A DNA stretch of 64,000 nucleotides, taken from NCBI GenBank assembly GCA_028534125.1, contig CM052816.1, forward strand, positions 87,980,001 through 88,044,000, in the 5' to 3' direction. The notes beneath the pieces are model-generated. The model was not told the DNA's origin, made no database searches, and was given only the letters and a program-made list of their open reading frames with translations. A program made the translations under genes and the position numbers. The DNA is from Lama glama. Its lineage: Eukaryota. Within the stretch, counting starts at the first letter, position 1. Each line of letters begins with the position of its first letter. This document shows, one piece after another, positions 26,106 through 38,380 of this stretch.

Positions 26106-26315
26106 GATGAGATTATATTTTATTTCATCATGTACATAGCTCCACTGACACTATATACATAAGAACACTGTTGAGTGTGTCCCCACAATTCTGGTGCTAC
26201 TCAATAGATAGATACTAGCACAAAGCCCTGCTAGGACCTCATTAGAAATTATTCCTCAGACCTGTCTTGTTCCAAAGCCTACCTTTTCATTTTTTTTAAT
26301 TTATTATGATTTTTT
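26106..26315 (+). repeat. Left copy of a ~200-bp direct repeat flanking an L1 fragment
   Basis: Aligns by eye to 26871-27061 (shared tagctccactgaca, cccacaatt, gtgctactcaataga, ctgctaggac, tcattagaaattattcctca, ctgtcttgttccaaag, ttattatgatttttt). Confidence 0.92.
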
Positions 26316-26870
26316 AAAAAAAATTTATTGAAGTGTAGATGATTTACGATGTTAGCTTTAGGTGTACAGCAAAGCGATTCAGTTATCCATATGCATACAT
26401 ATATACATATTTCCTTTTCAGATTCATTCCCATTGTATGTTATTATAAGAAGTTGAATGTAGTTCCCTGTGCTATAGAGCAGGTCCTTGTTGTTTATCTA
26501 TTTCAGTTAATCCCCAACTCCTAATTTATCCCTCTCCTCCCTTTCCCCTTTTGTAACTGTAATTTGTTTTCTATGTGCTTGAGTCTGTTTTGGGTTTGTA
26601 AGTAGAATTTGAATCTTTTTTTTAATTCCACATGTAAGTGTTATCATATGATATTTGTCTTTTACTTCACTTAATATGACAATCTATAAGTCCATCCATG
26701 TTGCTGCAAATGGCATTTCATTCTTTTTTATGGCTGATAATATTCCATTGTGTGTGTATATATATATATATACACACACCACATCTTCTTTATCTAGTCA
26801 TTTGTTGATGGACATTTAGGTTGTGTCCATGTCCTGGCTATTGTGAATAGTGCTTCTATGAACACTGGAA
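26316..26870 (-). mobile_element. 5'-truncated L1 3' end (L1MA9/artiodactyl-type tail)
   Basis: tttattgaagtgtagatgatttac...ccatccatgttgctgcaaatggc...gatggacatttaggttgtgtccatgtcctggctattgtgaatagtgc. Confidence 0.9.
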
Positions 26871-27061
26871 GATGAAATTAAAATACATTTATTTCATCGT
26901 GTCTGTAGCTCCACTGACATAAGAACCCACAATTCCAGTGCTACTCAATAGACAGATACTTAGCAGAAAACTCTGCTAGGACTTCATTAGAAATTATTCC
27001 TCAAATCTGTCTTGTTCCAAAGTCTATCTTTTCATTTCTTTATTTTATTATGATTTTTTTT
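26871..27061 (+). repeat. Right copy of the ~200-bp direct repeat
   Basis: See the left copy. Ends in TTTTTTTT followed by AAAC. Confidence 0.92.
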
Positions 27062-27649
27062 AAACTGTACCAAGGCTGGAAGTGACTCCCAAATTCAGAG
27101 TCGTCCCTTCAGTCCTGCAGGCTGTCCTCTCATCTGACTGACCGCAGCACGGCACCCCCGGTTCAGTCTAACTGGGAAGAGACTGCATGGCTGGAAGGCA
27201 CCTGACCTTCCCTCTGCACTTGGGGTCACCTGGCCTGCCTAGCGCCTCACTGGGTGGATCAGCGGGGCTGCTGTTCATGTGTGTGAGTTTCAGCCCCTGT
27301 CCAATTCTGTTAGTGCACTGCCATGTCGATTATAACTTTCTTTCTCCTTCCTTTTTTTTTTTCTGTCTCTGCCTAGAATTGTATGTTTCTTTTTGCATCC
27401 TGGTGGGCCAGGGCTGGGATTCCTGAACCTCCTGATTTCAAAGGAACTATTAGCCTGAGAGCTTCAAATCACCTAATTTTACAGAAGATATAAATGAGTC
27501 CAAGAAACTTTAAGCTGCCCTATATTGAAATACCTACCTCTCTTTGGGAAAAGAATTTGGAATTCAGATCTTTAAGCTCATATTCTTGGTCTCGCTGGGA
27601 TTTGGGACCCTCAATGTTCTCAACTCTTTTTGCATTCATTCAGACAGGG

Positions 27650-27885
27650 ACTACGTAGAACAGACTCCAAGGGGATGGGCTCCCGCGTCAGACTGCCTCG
27701 GTTCAAACCTGCCTGCTAGGTACTCCTCTGTGGACCATGTTCAAGTCATTTAGCTTCTCTGTTCCTCCCTTTCATCTGTCAAATGGGTTTAATTATAGCA
27801 CCTCCTTCACAGAGCAGTCATCCAGGTACAGAACATACTACACTATGCGGAACATAGTATGTTTCAGTAAAAGTTAGCTACTATG
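27650..27885 (+). mobile_element. MIR SINE
   Basis: gtcagactgcctcggttcaaacct...caagtcatttagcttctctgttcctc...catctgtcaaatggg...cagtaaaagttagcta. Confidence 0.75.
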
Positions 27886-28209
27886 ATTCAGTGACAGAGT
27901 CATCCAAATCTGATAAATAGGCTTTTGGTACCTCCCTAATGCTATTGCAGATGCCAGGAAGAGAAGAGCGAATAAAGAGGCATCACTGCTACTCTCAGAG
28001 CTCCTCCTCACTGGGCTTAGAAAACAGGAAGAAATAATTATACAAATCCATCTATAACTTATTACTATTGATTATTATATTTTTCAGTAAAGGGCTTGAA
28101 ATCGAGAGAAGGGGAGAGTGGCAAGGATCTAGTGTGGTGCAGAGGTGGATCGTGGGACAACGTTCATGAATGTCATAGTAACAATCTTGGATTTTAAGGT
28201 CTCTTTTCA

Positions 28210-28272
28210 CAGCTTCCAAATATGCAATACAGCGTTGTTAACTGTCGTCATCATGCTGTACGTCACATCCCC
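28210..28272 (-). mobile_element. Tiny L1 3'-tail fragment
   Basis: cttccaaatatgcaatacagcgttgttaactgtcgtcatcatgctgtacgtcacatcccca. Confidence 0.55.
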
Positions 28273-28352
28273 AGGTGCAGCGGAAGGCTTTACATTTTCA
28301 ATTGCAGATATTTCTGCTGCAATGTGACGTGTGAGTTCTTGAAAAGCTTTAC

Positions 28353-28501
28353 CTTCTGCAGAATTCCTATGAAAACAGCAGCATTCAGGGCAAAGAATGA
28401 GATTATGAGCATATCCCCCAAACCTGCGCAGTCACCCCGAGCAATCACTCCTATCTTAAAGAAAATATCAGCAAAAATGAACGACTGAGAAATATATATT
28501 C
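28353..28501 (-). other. Candidate 149-nt internal exon (possibly coding, hydrophobic) of an unidentified gene
   Basis: Minus-strand acceptor tttttttttatttacag|GA and donor CAGAAG|gtaaag. One frame is open throughout: (G)IYISQSFIFADIFFKIGVIARGDCAGLGDMLIISFFALNAAVFIGILQK. The other two frames contain stops. Confidence 0.4.
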
Positions 28502-29593
28502 CTGTAAATAAAAAAAAAGGCATTTTAGGAAAAAAGGAGAAAGGAATGTGATGGCAGGGATATATGTCAGGATCCGGTGACTTAGAGAAAGAGGGAAATG
28601 CAGAGGCAGCAGCCTGAGTAGAACATGTGTCCAGAGAGAGAGAGAGAAAGGAAAGAACAAGATGTGGGCACGAGGCGAGGGAAACCGGGCGCAGGTGCCA
28701 CGCTGTACTCCTCTGTGGCTCCGCTTCACTTCAGCCTCCTCACAATATTTTGCATTTAGGGGCGTTTTGGGGTGATGTGAATCTTTATTGTGCTGGGGAA
28801 TTAGCTTATGGAACAACATACTTTCTACCTTACATTCACATTCTTCTGCACTTAATCATTTATGGGCTAATCTCCTCACATAACAAACACACACTCTAGG
28901 GTGACCAAAGGGGATGGCACGGACCAATTCGAATTTCTGAAAGACTCTTCTAACAGGGGATCAAAACTCAGATGTTAGAGAACCTCAACTTCAAAGGGGA
29001 AAGGGTAGCTGAACTTGTACTGATGATGGTGGTGATGATGGATACAGCCAGCTGTCAAAAATCTCTAATACAAAATAAAAAAGATGTTCATTTAAAGAAA
29101 TAACTTTAGGTGTCAATGTGCCCTAAAATCTGAATGTTTATACTTCATAACCCCCCAAAAAGGAGAGGAGAAAAAAAATCGTGAAATGGAAAGGCAAAAA
29201 TACAACCTAATTATACATAATAGACCAGGTCTGGGAAGCCAGACTTTCTGCCACCATCGTTTCTACTCGTGTTTCTCTCCCCATCTATTCTGCGTATGCC
29301 TGGGGTGGGATTGACATGAGCAGGGGAAGAAACATGGACAAAGGGGAAAGTTCAAAAAATCAAAACACTTCAGTGGTTGATGTTAGTAATCTATAAAGTT
29401 GAAAACAGATGAGGAAAATAAATGCATTATGTTTACACAGGCTTATTGAATATAGTTGCAAATATCCTCTGACATCCTAAATGTATTGTCACATCAACAT
29501 GATACAGTTCGTGCTAGGTATTTGATTTTGAATGTTAAGAATGCATTACTTAAGTGGCAATCACAGTTGTGATGTAAGCTCTATTGTTTAAAC

Positions 29594-29912
29594 CAGTGCT
29601 GTTCAGTAGGAAACAGTGCAAGCCACAGATGCAAGCTGCATCTATAATTTTAATTTTCTGATAAACACATTTAAAAAGAAATAGATGAAGTTAATTTAAT
29701 ATTTTATATTTATTTAACCTAATGTATCCAAAATATTATCATGTCGCCAAGTAATAAATATAGAAATTAATGAGATATTTTATTCTTACTTTTGTACCAA
29801 TTTTTTTAAATGTTGTATGTAATTGACAAGTAGAGCACCTCTCAAACTCAAATTGTCAGATTTCCACTAAATAACCACATATGGCTAGGGATTACCGTAT
29901 TGGACAATACAG
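29594..29912. mobile_element. MER33-like hAT-Charlie MITE
   Basis: Terminal repeats cagtgctgttca / tggacaatacag, internal tatttaacctaatgtatccaaaatattatca, and 8-bp flanks gtttaaac / gtctaagt resembling the Charlie target preference. Confidence 0.8.
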
Positions 29913-30214
29913 GTCTAAGTTAGCTTTTATGAACGTTATTTTGCCAGAATGAAAAGATGCAATAAAATATATACTGCTTATGTTTTTGTCAGTAGCTAAC
30001 AGGTGCATCCCTTCAGGCGGGAAGAAAAAATATATATATATATCCTGTTTTATTTCTGTTTTTCGGAGTGTCCTTGTAGAATGCTCTTAGAGTGAAAGTT
30101 TTAGACCCTCCCCATCTCACGTGTTGTCTCAAGCATGGTGAATTGCTCCCACATTGAATGTTTAAATTTGAATATTTGTGAAGAATGCATTATACCTTTT
30201 ATGATATCGTATCT

Positions 30215-30714
30215 NNNNNNNNNNNNNNNNNNNNNNNNNNNNNNNNNNNNNNNNNNNNNNNNNNNNNNNNNNNNNNNNNNNNNNNNNNNNNNNNNNNNNN
30301 NNNNNNNNNNNNNNNNNNNNNNNNNNNNNNNNNNNNNNNNNNNNNNNNNNNNNNNNNNNNNNNNNNNNNNNNNNNNNNNNNNNNNNNNNNNNNNNNNNNN
30401 NNNNNNNNNNNNNNNNNNNNNNNNNNNNNNNNNNNNNNNNNNNNNNNNNNNNNNNNNNNNNNNNNNNNNNNNNNNNNNNNNNNNNNNNNNNNNNNNNNNN
30501 NNNNNNNNNNNNNNNNNNNNNNNNNNNNNNNNNNNNNNNNNNNNNNNNNNNNNNNNNNNNNNNNNNNNNNNNNNNNNNNNNNNNNNNNNNNNNNNNNNNN
30601 NNNNNNNNNNNNNNNNNNNNNNNNNNNNNNNNNNNNNNNNNNNNNNNNNNNNNNNNNNNNNNNNNNNNNNNNNNNNNNNNNNNNNNNNNNNNNNNNNNNN
30701 NNNNNNNNNNNNNN
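30215..30714. other. Assembly gap (500 N)
   Basis: Run of N. Confidence 1.
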
Positions 30715-30913
30715 CATTTAGGCTGTTTCCATGTTTTGGCTATTGTAAATAGTGCTGCTATGAACATTGGAGTGCAGGTGTCATCCTGAAGTAGATTTCC
30801 TTCTGGATACAAGCCCAGGAGTGGGATTCCTGGGTCATATGGTAAGTCTATTCCTAGTCTTTTGAGGAATCTCCACACTGTTTTCCATAGTGGCTGCACC
30901 AAACTGCATTCCC
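30715..30913 (-). mobile_element. Relatively young L1 ORF2 C-terminal fragment running into the gap
   Basis: Uninterrupted translation [61 protein letters not shown]. Confidence 0.93.
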
Positions 30914-31201
30914 TGTTGGTGTTTGTTTTGATTCTGTTTTATTCTCAGTCTTCAGAGCTAAGTCAGTGGGTTTTCTGTTGCTGTTGGTTTTAGATTGGGA
31001 ATTAGATTCTTGAAAAATATTTACTCAGTACACACATGTTTCTTTCCATTTTTTAGTGAGATTTTTATAAGGAAAAAATAAAATACTTGATATAAATTTC
31101 TAATAAAAAGTTAAAAATAACATCTAAAATAATACAATAGGGCACAAGGCAGTGCTTGCATTTAGATTGTCTGTTGTGTACTAATTTAAATATACTTTTA
31201 T

Positions 31202-31988
31202 AGACAACCTACAGGGGAGAAACTGTCTACAAACAAGGATTTAATTTCCAAAATATACAAACAGCACATACAGCTCAATATAAAAAAAAAGCCCAATTAA
31301 AAAAATAGGCAGAAGACCTAAATTGACATTTCCCCAAAGAAGACATACAGATGGTCAACAGGCACATGAAAAGATAGTCAACATCACTAATTATTGGAGG
31401 AATGCAAATCAAAATTACAGTGAGGTTTCACTTCATACCAGTCAGAATGGCCATCATCAAAAAGTCTACAAATAATAAATGCTAGAGAGGGTGTGGAGAA
31501 AAGGGAACCCTCTTATACTGTTGGTGGGAATGTAAATTGGTACAGCCACTATAGAGAACAGTATGGAGGTTCTCTTAAAAACTAGAGTTATCATATGATC
31601 TAGCAATCCCACTCCTGGGCACATATCTGGAAAAGACCAAAAACTCAAAAATTCAAAAATATTTGTGCACCTCAATGTTCATAACAGCACTATTTACAGT
31701 AACTGAGACATGGAAGTAACCTAAGTGTCCATCGACCAATGATATCACTTATATGTGAAATCTAAATAAATAATCCAAATGAACTTATATACAAAATAGA
31801 AACAGACATGGAAAACAAACTTCTGGTCACTGAAAGGGAAATGGTGGGAAGAGGGATAAATTAGGAGTATGGAGTTAATAGATACACACTACTATATATA
31901 AAATAGATAAACAACATTTATTGTACAGCACAGGGGACTATATTCAATATTTTGCAATAACCTATAATGGAAAATAATCTGAAAAAGA

Positions 31989-32022
<34 letters not shown>

Positions 32023-32125
32023 GTATATACATATATATAGCTGAATCACTGCTCTATACCTAAAGCTAACACAATATCATGAATCAACTATACTTCAATA
32101 ATAAATAGATACATGCATGAATACA
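31202..32125 (+). mobile_element. 5'-truncated L1 3' end with (TA)n and 15-bp TSD
   Basis: L1 ORF2/3'UTR text. Flanks are taaatatacttttat (31187-31201) and taaatacgcttttat (32126-32140), matching at 13 of 15. Confidence 0.9.
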
Positions 32126-32529
32126 TAAATACGCTTTTATGCATAATGATGTTTTAAAGTTATTTACAGTGTTGAAGGTGAATAGTTTTATTTTCACTAG
32201 AATTTTAAAACGATTCAGTGTCCCTTTAACTAAGAAAATGCAAAAAATTTCTTACATTGAAGGTTATTGTTTGCCATTTTTTATCAAAAGTGGAGCCAAA
32301 GAGGCATAAGCAGTTTTATATTTCAGGCCTAAAGGATTATTGTGATATGCTAGGTAAAATATTCTGGAAGAAAAGGGACAAAACATTTAATGTATTATAC
32401 AAGGAAAGTGGGTAATTATCTTCTATATCTGTAGCCACTGCATAGTGTAGTTTTGAAGATTAGTAACATTATATTTTCAATTCACAAAAATCTCAACCAC
32501 TACCAACCCTCCATTTGTGTAATAAATTC

Positions 32530-32915
32530 ACCTCACCGTAATACTCAAAAATCACCTCCCCAGGGCAGTTAGAACGTTTACAGATCATGGGTGACCCATG
32601 TGCTCCCACCATTTTGCGGTTCTGTGAGTTGACATGACTAATTCTAGCCGACAAGCTGTGAGTGGAAGTGATATATTTAAGAGCAGCCCAGTGACTCTCC
32701 ACATCTTGCTTCCTCTGCATCAGTAACCTGGAAGCTGTTTATTGAGAAGGCAGAGCCAAATTAGGTTCCATCTTGAATTATTGCATGAAACAATGCTCTC
32801 CTAGAATGCCCCAAACACATGGCCACCTTGGTGTGAATGTAACCTTTGTTGTATTAAACTTTTTATATTTATGAGTTAGTTTATTAGCACAGGCTACCCA
32901 ACCCTGTTTTAATAT
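32530..32915 (+). mobile_element. Old MaLR LTR (MLT1I/J-like)
   Basis: gtgagtggaagtgat...aacctttgttgtattaaac...tttattagcacaggctacccaaccctgttttaata. Confidence 0.55.
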
Positions 32916-33124
32916 GGCCCTAAAAACATTTTTTTATCTCCATGGTGCATTTAACATCTTCTCCACCTCTACTTCCATAGCAGTCTGCTTTATGTGTGGT
33001 ACGTGTTTAGTTTATTCCACCTAGCTTTGTAGAAAGCTGTTTATACGTACTTTGGAGAATGGAATCTTCAAGAGGCTCGAGATCTTGTCCTAGTCACTGG
33101 ACTGTATACACCAAACTAGCAAAC

Positions 33125-33860
33125 TGCTTATTTATTCAATACATGTTTTTGAGTACTTCTACATGCTATTCATTAAGTAAATTGTAATACGTACAATTTA
33201 AAAAGAAATAACAGGGCATGGAAATGGATAATGCCCAAGGGGAGTGCATCCTTCAGAGTTCATTAGTATGAAGGAGAAGGTAGTTCTACAAAGTAGAAAA
33301 ACATTCACAAGGGACCTGAGTCTGACAAGATCTTGATTTTGGTAGCATATGAATGCCCAGGGTGGCTGGTAAGCATGAGGGAGAACGGAACAAGATTGAG
33401 TCATAGAATTCAAGGGTAGATCATTCGTGGCCTTGCTGACCACAGGATTTGTATGCTATGCTATCTACAGTTGAAACCTGTTGAATTGATTGCATGAGGG
33501 GGCAATATGACCTGATTGCTATTTTTTAAAGTTCTCACGGTTGCTGTCTCAAATTATTGTTGGAAGATTGGTTAGGATGGAAGGAAGAAGACCAGCTGAA
33601 TTATTGTGTAGCACTTTGGCATAAGATAATGGTGTCTTTGTTTATGATGGGCATGGAACTAGATAAAGACAAGGAGATAAAGTCCCATGTATTATTTGGA
33701 TGTAAGTCATTCCGTATGTACTGGTAGTAATTGATTCTTGGCTATCAAAAGAAGAGAAAACCAAAGGTGACTTCTAGAATTTGACTTTTAGATTAATGAC
33801 TTTTAGATTAATTATGTAGTGTGACTAAGAAAACTATGAGATAGAAGGTCTGTAGGCTTT
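33125..33860. mobile_element. Degenerate L2 fragments
   Basis: ttattcaatacatgtttttgagtacttctac; catgagggggcaatatgacctgatt...ttttaaagttctcacggttgctg. Confidence 0.55.
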
Positions 33861-34735
33861 AATGTTGAGAGATTATTTAAAAGCACAAAATGACCAAATC
33901 CAATGTTTTGCTCTATCAATTTCCTTTCATGATATAATAAACTGATACTACATTCATAATAGGATGTCTAAAGAGAATAGCCACATGCCTATTCTAACTA
34001 CTTGCTGTGATGACAGAACCAATTTGTCTAGCTGCACTTAGGACTGACCAAGTCAACACGATCCATAGAATTTTTTCACTTATCTGAGACTATTGACTCA
34101 AATGTTCAGATTGAAGGACATTTTTATTTTCTGTTCCCCAGTGTGTTGCTCTTTTTACTCACATTCATTCCTTGGCCTGGTGTGATTTGCCCTCTTGGTA
34201 AAATGATATCCAGAGAAGTATCACTGAGAAGTCCTTGGTCGTCGCTCTTGGGCTATTAGTTGAGGAGCTTTATATAGTGGCTTCTGCTGCAGAGGGGCCT
34301 CTGAGGATAGCGTCAGCCTTCCTAGGAAGGTTATAGGGAAAATATGAGCATCTTTAGATAAAATATTTCAATTTCCTTTTCCTACTTCTGTACTGAATAT
34401 GGGCCTGGTTCTTTTCCTACCTATATATCAAGAAAAGAGTTTGCAAACTATTCCTTAAAGTTTCAAGTCCCGTTTTCAAAAATGTGTAGTGTGTAATATC
34501 AGTATGTACATTTCTTCTTTTTCAAGCGGTCTTTGTTGGAGTCATCCTGCTTTGCTTCTACCTTGAACTGGTCATTTTATATATTCTCCTCCGACAAATC
34601 CCATTTCCTCCCTTTTATCCCCAAGAATAATACCATCCCCTGGCTGAGTATAGTAAAACAGCAGTTAAAATAAGGATGAAACTTTAAGATTATTTAAATA
34701 AATACTTCCAATAAAGAATTTAGCAGAATCCCTGA

Positions 34736-35123
34736 GCTATAGACCGAATTGTGTGCTTCCAAAATTTGCATGTCAAAGCCCTAACCTCTAGTGTGATTGT
34801 ATTTTGAGATCAGGCCTTTTGGAGGTCATTCGGGTTAAATGAGGTCATAAGGATGGGGCCTTCATCCCATAGAACTGGAGGCATATAATAAGAGGAATGC
34901 AGAGAGATCTCTGGCCTTCTCCCGCACACTCACACTGAGGAGAGACCATCTGAAGATGCAGGAAGGAAACCATCACAAGCCAGGAAAACATTCCTTACTA
35001 GGAACCAAATCTGCTGCCACCTTGATTTGGGCTTCCCAAACTCCAGAACTGTGAGAAATTAATTTCTGCTGTATATGATACCCCATCTGTGGTATTCTGT
35101 TATGGTAGCCTGAGCAGACTAGC
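34736..35123 (+). mobile_element. MaLR solo LTR (MLT1A-like)
   Basis: gctatagaccgaattgtgtg...gttaaatgaggtcataaggatggggcc...ctccagaactgtgagaaattaatttctg...ggtattctgttatggtagcctgagcagacta. Confidence 0.88.
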
Positions 35124-35894
35124 ACGCCCTTTCATATAGTAGTAATTCCATAGTGTTATCATTGCTAGTCTCATTACTCTTCTATCTCTAAATGTATCTA
35201 AAACTCACATTAAAACAAACTATTTTGTGCTCCCAGAAAAGTGTTCCAGTCTTTCTAAGTGCCTATGTGTATGCCTTTTTTTTCCCTCTGAAATGTTACA
35301 CATCATTTTCTCTTCTCAATAAATAGTACAGTTCTAACAATCAAAGCCATGGGCCTAGTACACATACTTTGGCACTCAGCACAAACATTTCTTAATACAC
35401 CCTCTTTAAATTTCCTAAATATAGTCTTTAGTTATATGTATTTGTTCACCTCTATATCCCTCACCTAAATAGAAGGTACATGAAGGTCAAGATATCATCT
35501 TAGTCTAAAGTCTCTCTTCAACATACAGAACAGGACTGGTGGCAGGACAGGGTAGGCTATATGTATATCAATGCTATACCAAATGATGTACTCAGAAAAT
35601 TTCAAAACATTTCTTTTTTTAGTAGATCATCGAAGTAGTTCTGTACTTAACACTACCAATAGCCCTAAACTTCAGTAGATCATATTTTGATAAATGTTAC
35701 ACTGATTCATTGGTAGTCTAACACATAGAAGTACTAGCTGTGTGGAAGATGTTTTAAAACAATATTTCAATGACTTCCCTGTAACAATTATAAACAAAGC
35801 TCCTTGCCTTCTTATCCAGGGTCTAATAAGAAACATAGTCTCACTTCAACTCAGTCTAATTTCTAGTCTTAAGACACTTGTGCATGTTCCTGTG

Positions 35895-36000
35895 TATCTG
35901 TTTATTCATTCATTTATTCAATAAATAATATTGAACGCTAACATGTGTGCAATTCACAGAGAACCAGATAAGGAATATCACTGCCATCATGGAACTCATA
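35895..36000 (-). mobile_element. L2 3' end
   Basis: tttattcattcatttattcaataaataatattgaacgcta...ctgccatcatggaactca. Confidence 0.6.
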
Positions 36001-37691
36001 CTGGTTTTTGAGTTATGTTTACCCAGTTAATCATCATCATTAGGACTGAGATGGCATAAACTTTCTTACAGATCATGTTAAGATTTTATAACAGGTTTGA
36101 AAGATAAAGCAATAACTGTGCATAATAATTTTGTGTGGGAAGGGTGAGCTCTCATAAGCCTTTTTTAGGGTAAGCACTCATGAATCTTTACCATAAGAGG
36201 AAGAAGGAGGAAATTTTTCTTTTCAAAATGTGCCTGTTAAGTTACTTTTGGTTTTAAAACTTGAAGCACTTCAAACCAGTTTAATCAAGTAAAACAAAGG
36301 TATTTATTGGAATAAAGCTATAATTTCTTTATATTCAAGAAAAGAAGATAACCAAGACTAAATAATGGAAAGAGCCAAAGCAGAGACCTTAGCTAAACAA
36401 ATCAAACCAGCTCAGATGTCTCTTCATCTGCTCATTCTCAATCTGTCTCTCTCCCTAACCTTTTCCTTTATTTACTTCTCTAGGTCATGGCATTCTTGGC
36501 CACAAAGTTTGCATTTTCTCCATTTAGTAAAGGGAAAAATTCCTGAGATTAGTCTTTTTATGCACTTGTCCAAAATTCACAGAAAATAGAATTGTATTTT
36601 TAAAAGTTATTATTACTCAAATAGAGATTAAAGACTTAATTCAGCTGATGAACGGTGAGGAGAATCTGGAGACCAGCTAATCCCTCAGCAGCTGGATGGG
36701 AGGTTTCAGAGAGTAAGGAGAAGAGAGGGGTATGTGGTCTCACAGTCCAGCCCAAGTTCTGATTTCTTCATCTTTTTTTTTTTTTTACAGCTACTAAATT
36801 TGTGGTTGGAACAACTGGATTTTTCTAGTTTTAGATGTTTCTTATTTGGAATTATTGGTGAAATCCTTTCCCAAACACCCTCAGGACAGTTCTTTTTAGA
36901 GTTGTTAGCCTTCAGGGTTATCTGTTAGTCAAGCTTTTAACAAAAAAGGAGGAGTACAGGGCAAAAAGGAAAGAGGAAAACAATGAAAGGAGACTAGTGT
37001 CATTGGAGAGCAACCTGGGTCTAAGTTAATATCATGGCACTATTGACCCAAGAGTCCACTCTTAATCCAATCAGGTTCAGTTGTGGTGGTGGGTCATTGA
37101 GGGGAAACAGGTGCTGGGTTCTTCTTTTAGGCTGGGCAGAGGCAGTTCTCATAGAAACAGAAGTGAGCTGGCACAGAAGGAGTCTGGCACAGTAAGTAAA
37201 CAAGGTCAATAAATGTGGTTTCAATAACTCTAGTTACTGAAGGAAAATGCTGAGTTTGGCTAAAACAGTATGTGAGTCAGAGTTGTCTGTAAGTAAAAAG
37301 ATTCACTTCGAAGAAGAGTAAAAATCACTGAAGTGTAACTAGTTAGATGTAATTATTGCTGTGTAAGATATTCCCACAATGAGTGAGGATTGAGCTGGAG
37401 TACATTTAACATCTGATACAAATGATTCTATAAGGGGGTGCGGGATAAAATTGCAAAATACTTGGCTAGTAGGAACCTACATACACCTAACTGCAGTCAC
37501 TCAATTCAGATTAGCAAGTATCACACAAGTGCTCCATTTACATTTTTAAACAATGCATCTCCACTATTATTGACCACCAAAAAAGATCACCTGCTACAAT
37601 CTGAGGAAACTGTCATGGCTTCTTCCATTTTATAACATATAGTGATCACAAAATTACTGTGTACAGCAATTTCAAAACAATAACATTCAAG

Positions 37692-37907
37692 GCAGCCACT
37701 ATGGAAAACAGTACAGAAGTTTCTCAAAAAACTAAAAAATAGAACTACCGTATTAACCAGAAATTCCATTCTTGGGTATCCAGAAAAAAAATGAAAATGC
37801 TAATTTGAAAAGATGCATGCACCCCAATGTTCATAGCAGCACTATTTACAATAGCCAAGATATGGAAGTAACCCAAGTGCCCATCAACAGATGAATGGAT
37901 GAAGAAA

Positions 37908-37952
<45 letters not shown>

Positions 37953-38380
37953 GGAATACTACTTAGCTATAAAAAAGAATGAAATTTTGCCATTTGCAGC
38001 AACATGAATTGACCTAAAGAACATTATGCTTAGTGAAATATTAAAGACAAATACTGTATGATATCACTTACAGATGAAATTTAAAAAATAATACAAATGA
38101 ATGCATATGTAAAGCAGAAACAGACTGACAGATATAGAAAACAAATTGGTGGTTACCAAAGGGGAGAGAGGAGGGGGAAGGGCAGATTAGTGGTAAGGGA
38201 TTAAAAAGCTACTATGTATAAAATAGAAAAGCAACAAGGATCTATGGTACAGCACAGGGAATTATAGCCATTATCTTTTATAGCTTCTAATGGAGTATAA
38301 TCTGTAAAAATACTGAATCACAATGCTATACACCTGAAACTAAAATAATATTGTAAAACTACATGTCAATAAATAAAAAA
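37692..38380 (+). mobile_element. 5'-truncated L1 3' end (L1MA9-like)
   Basis: gcagccactatggaaaacagta...gcaccccaatgttcatagcagcactatttacaatagccaag...ctgaaactaaaataatattgtaaaactac...aataaataaaaaa. Confidence 0.9.
37911..37950. repeat. (CA)20 microsatellite inside the L1
   Basis: Perfect CA run. Confidence 0.97.

Noticed and set aside
28222..28488. 88-aa plus-strand ORF overlapping the exon candidate
   Set aside because: It starts within an L1 tail fragment and is largely the antisense shadow of the minus-strand open frame; splice signals fit the minus strand better.
30135..30902. Long ORFs of 172-246 aa
   Set aside because: Artefacts of translating through the N gap; the real part is L1 ORF2.
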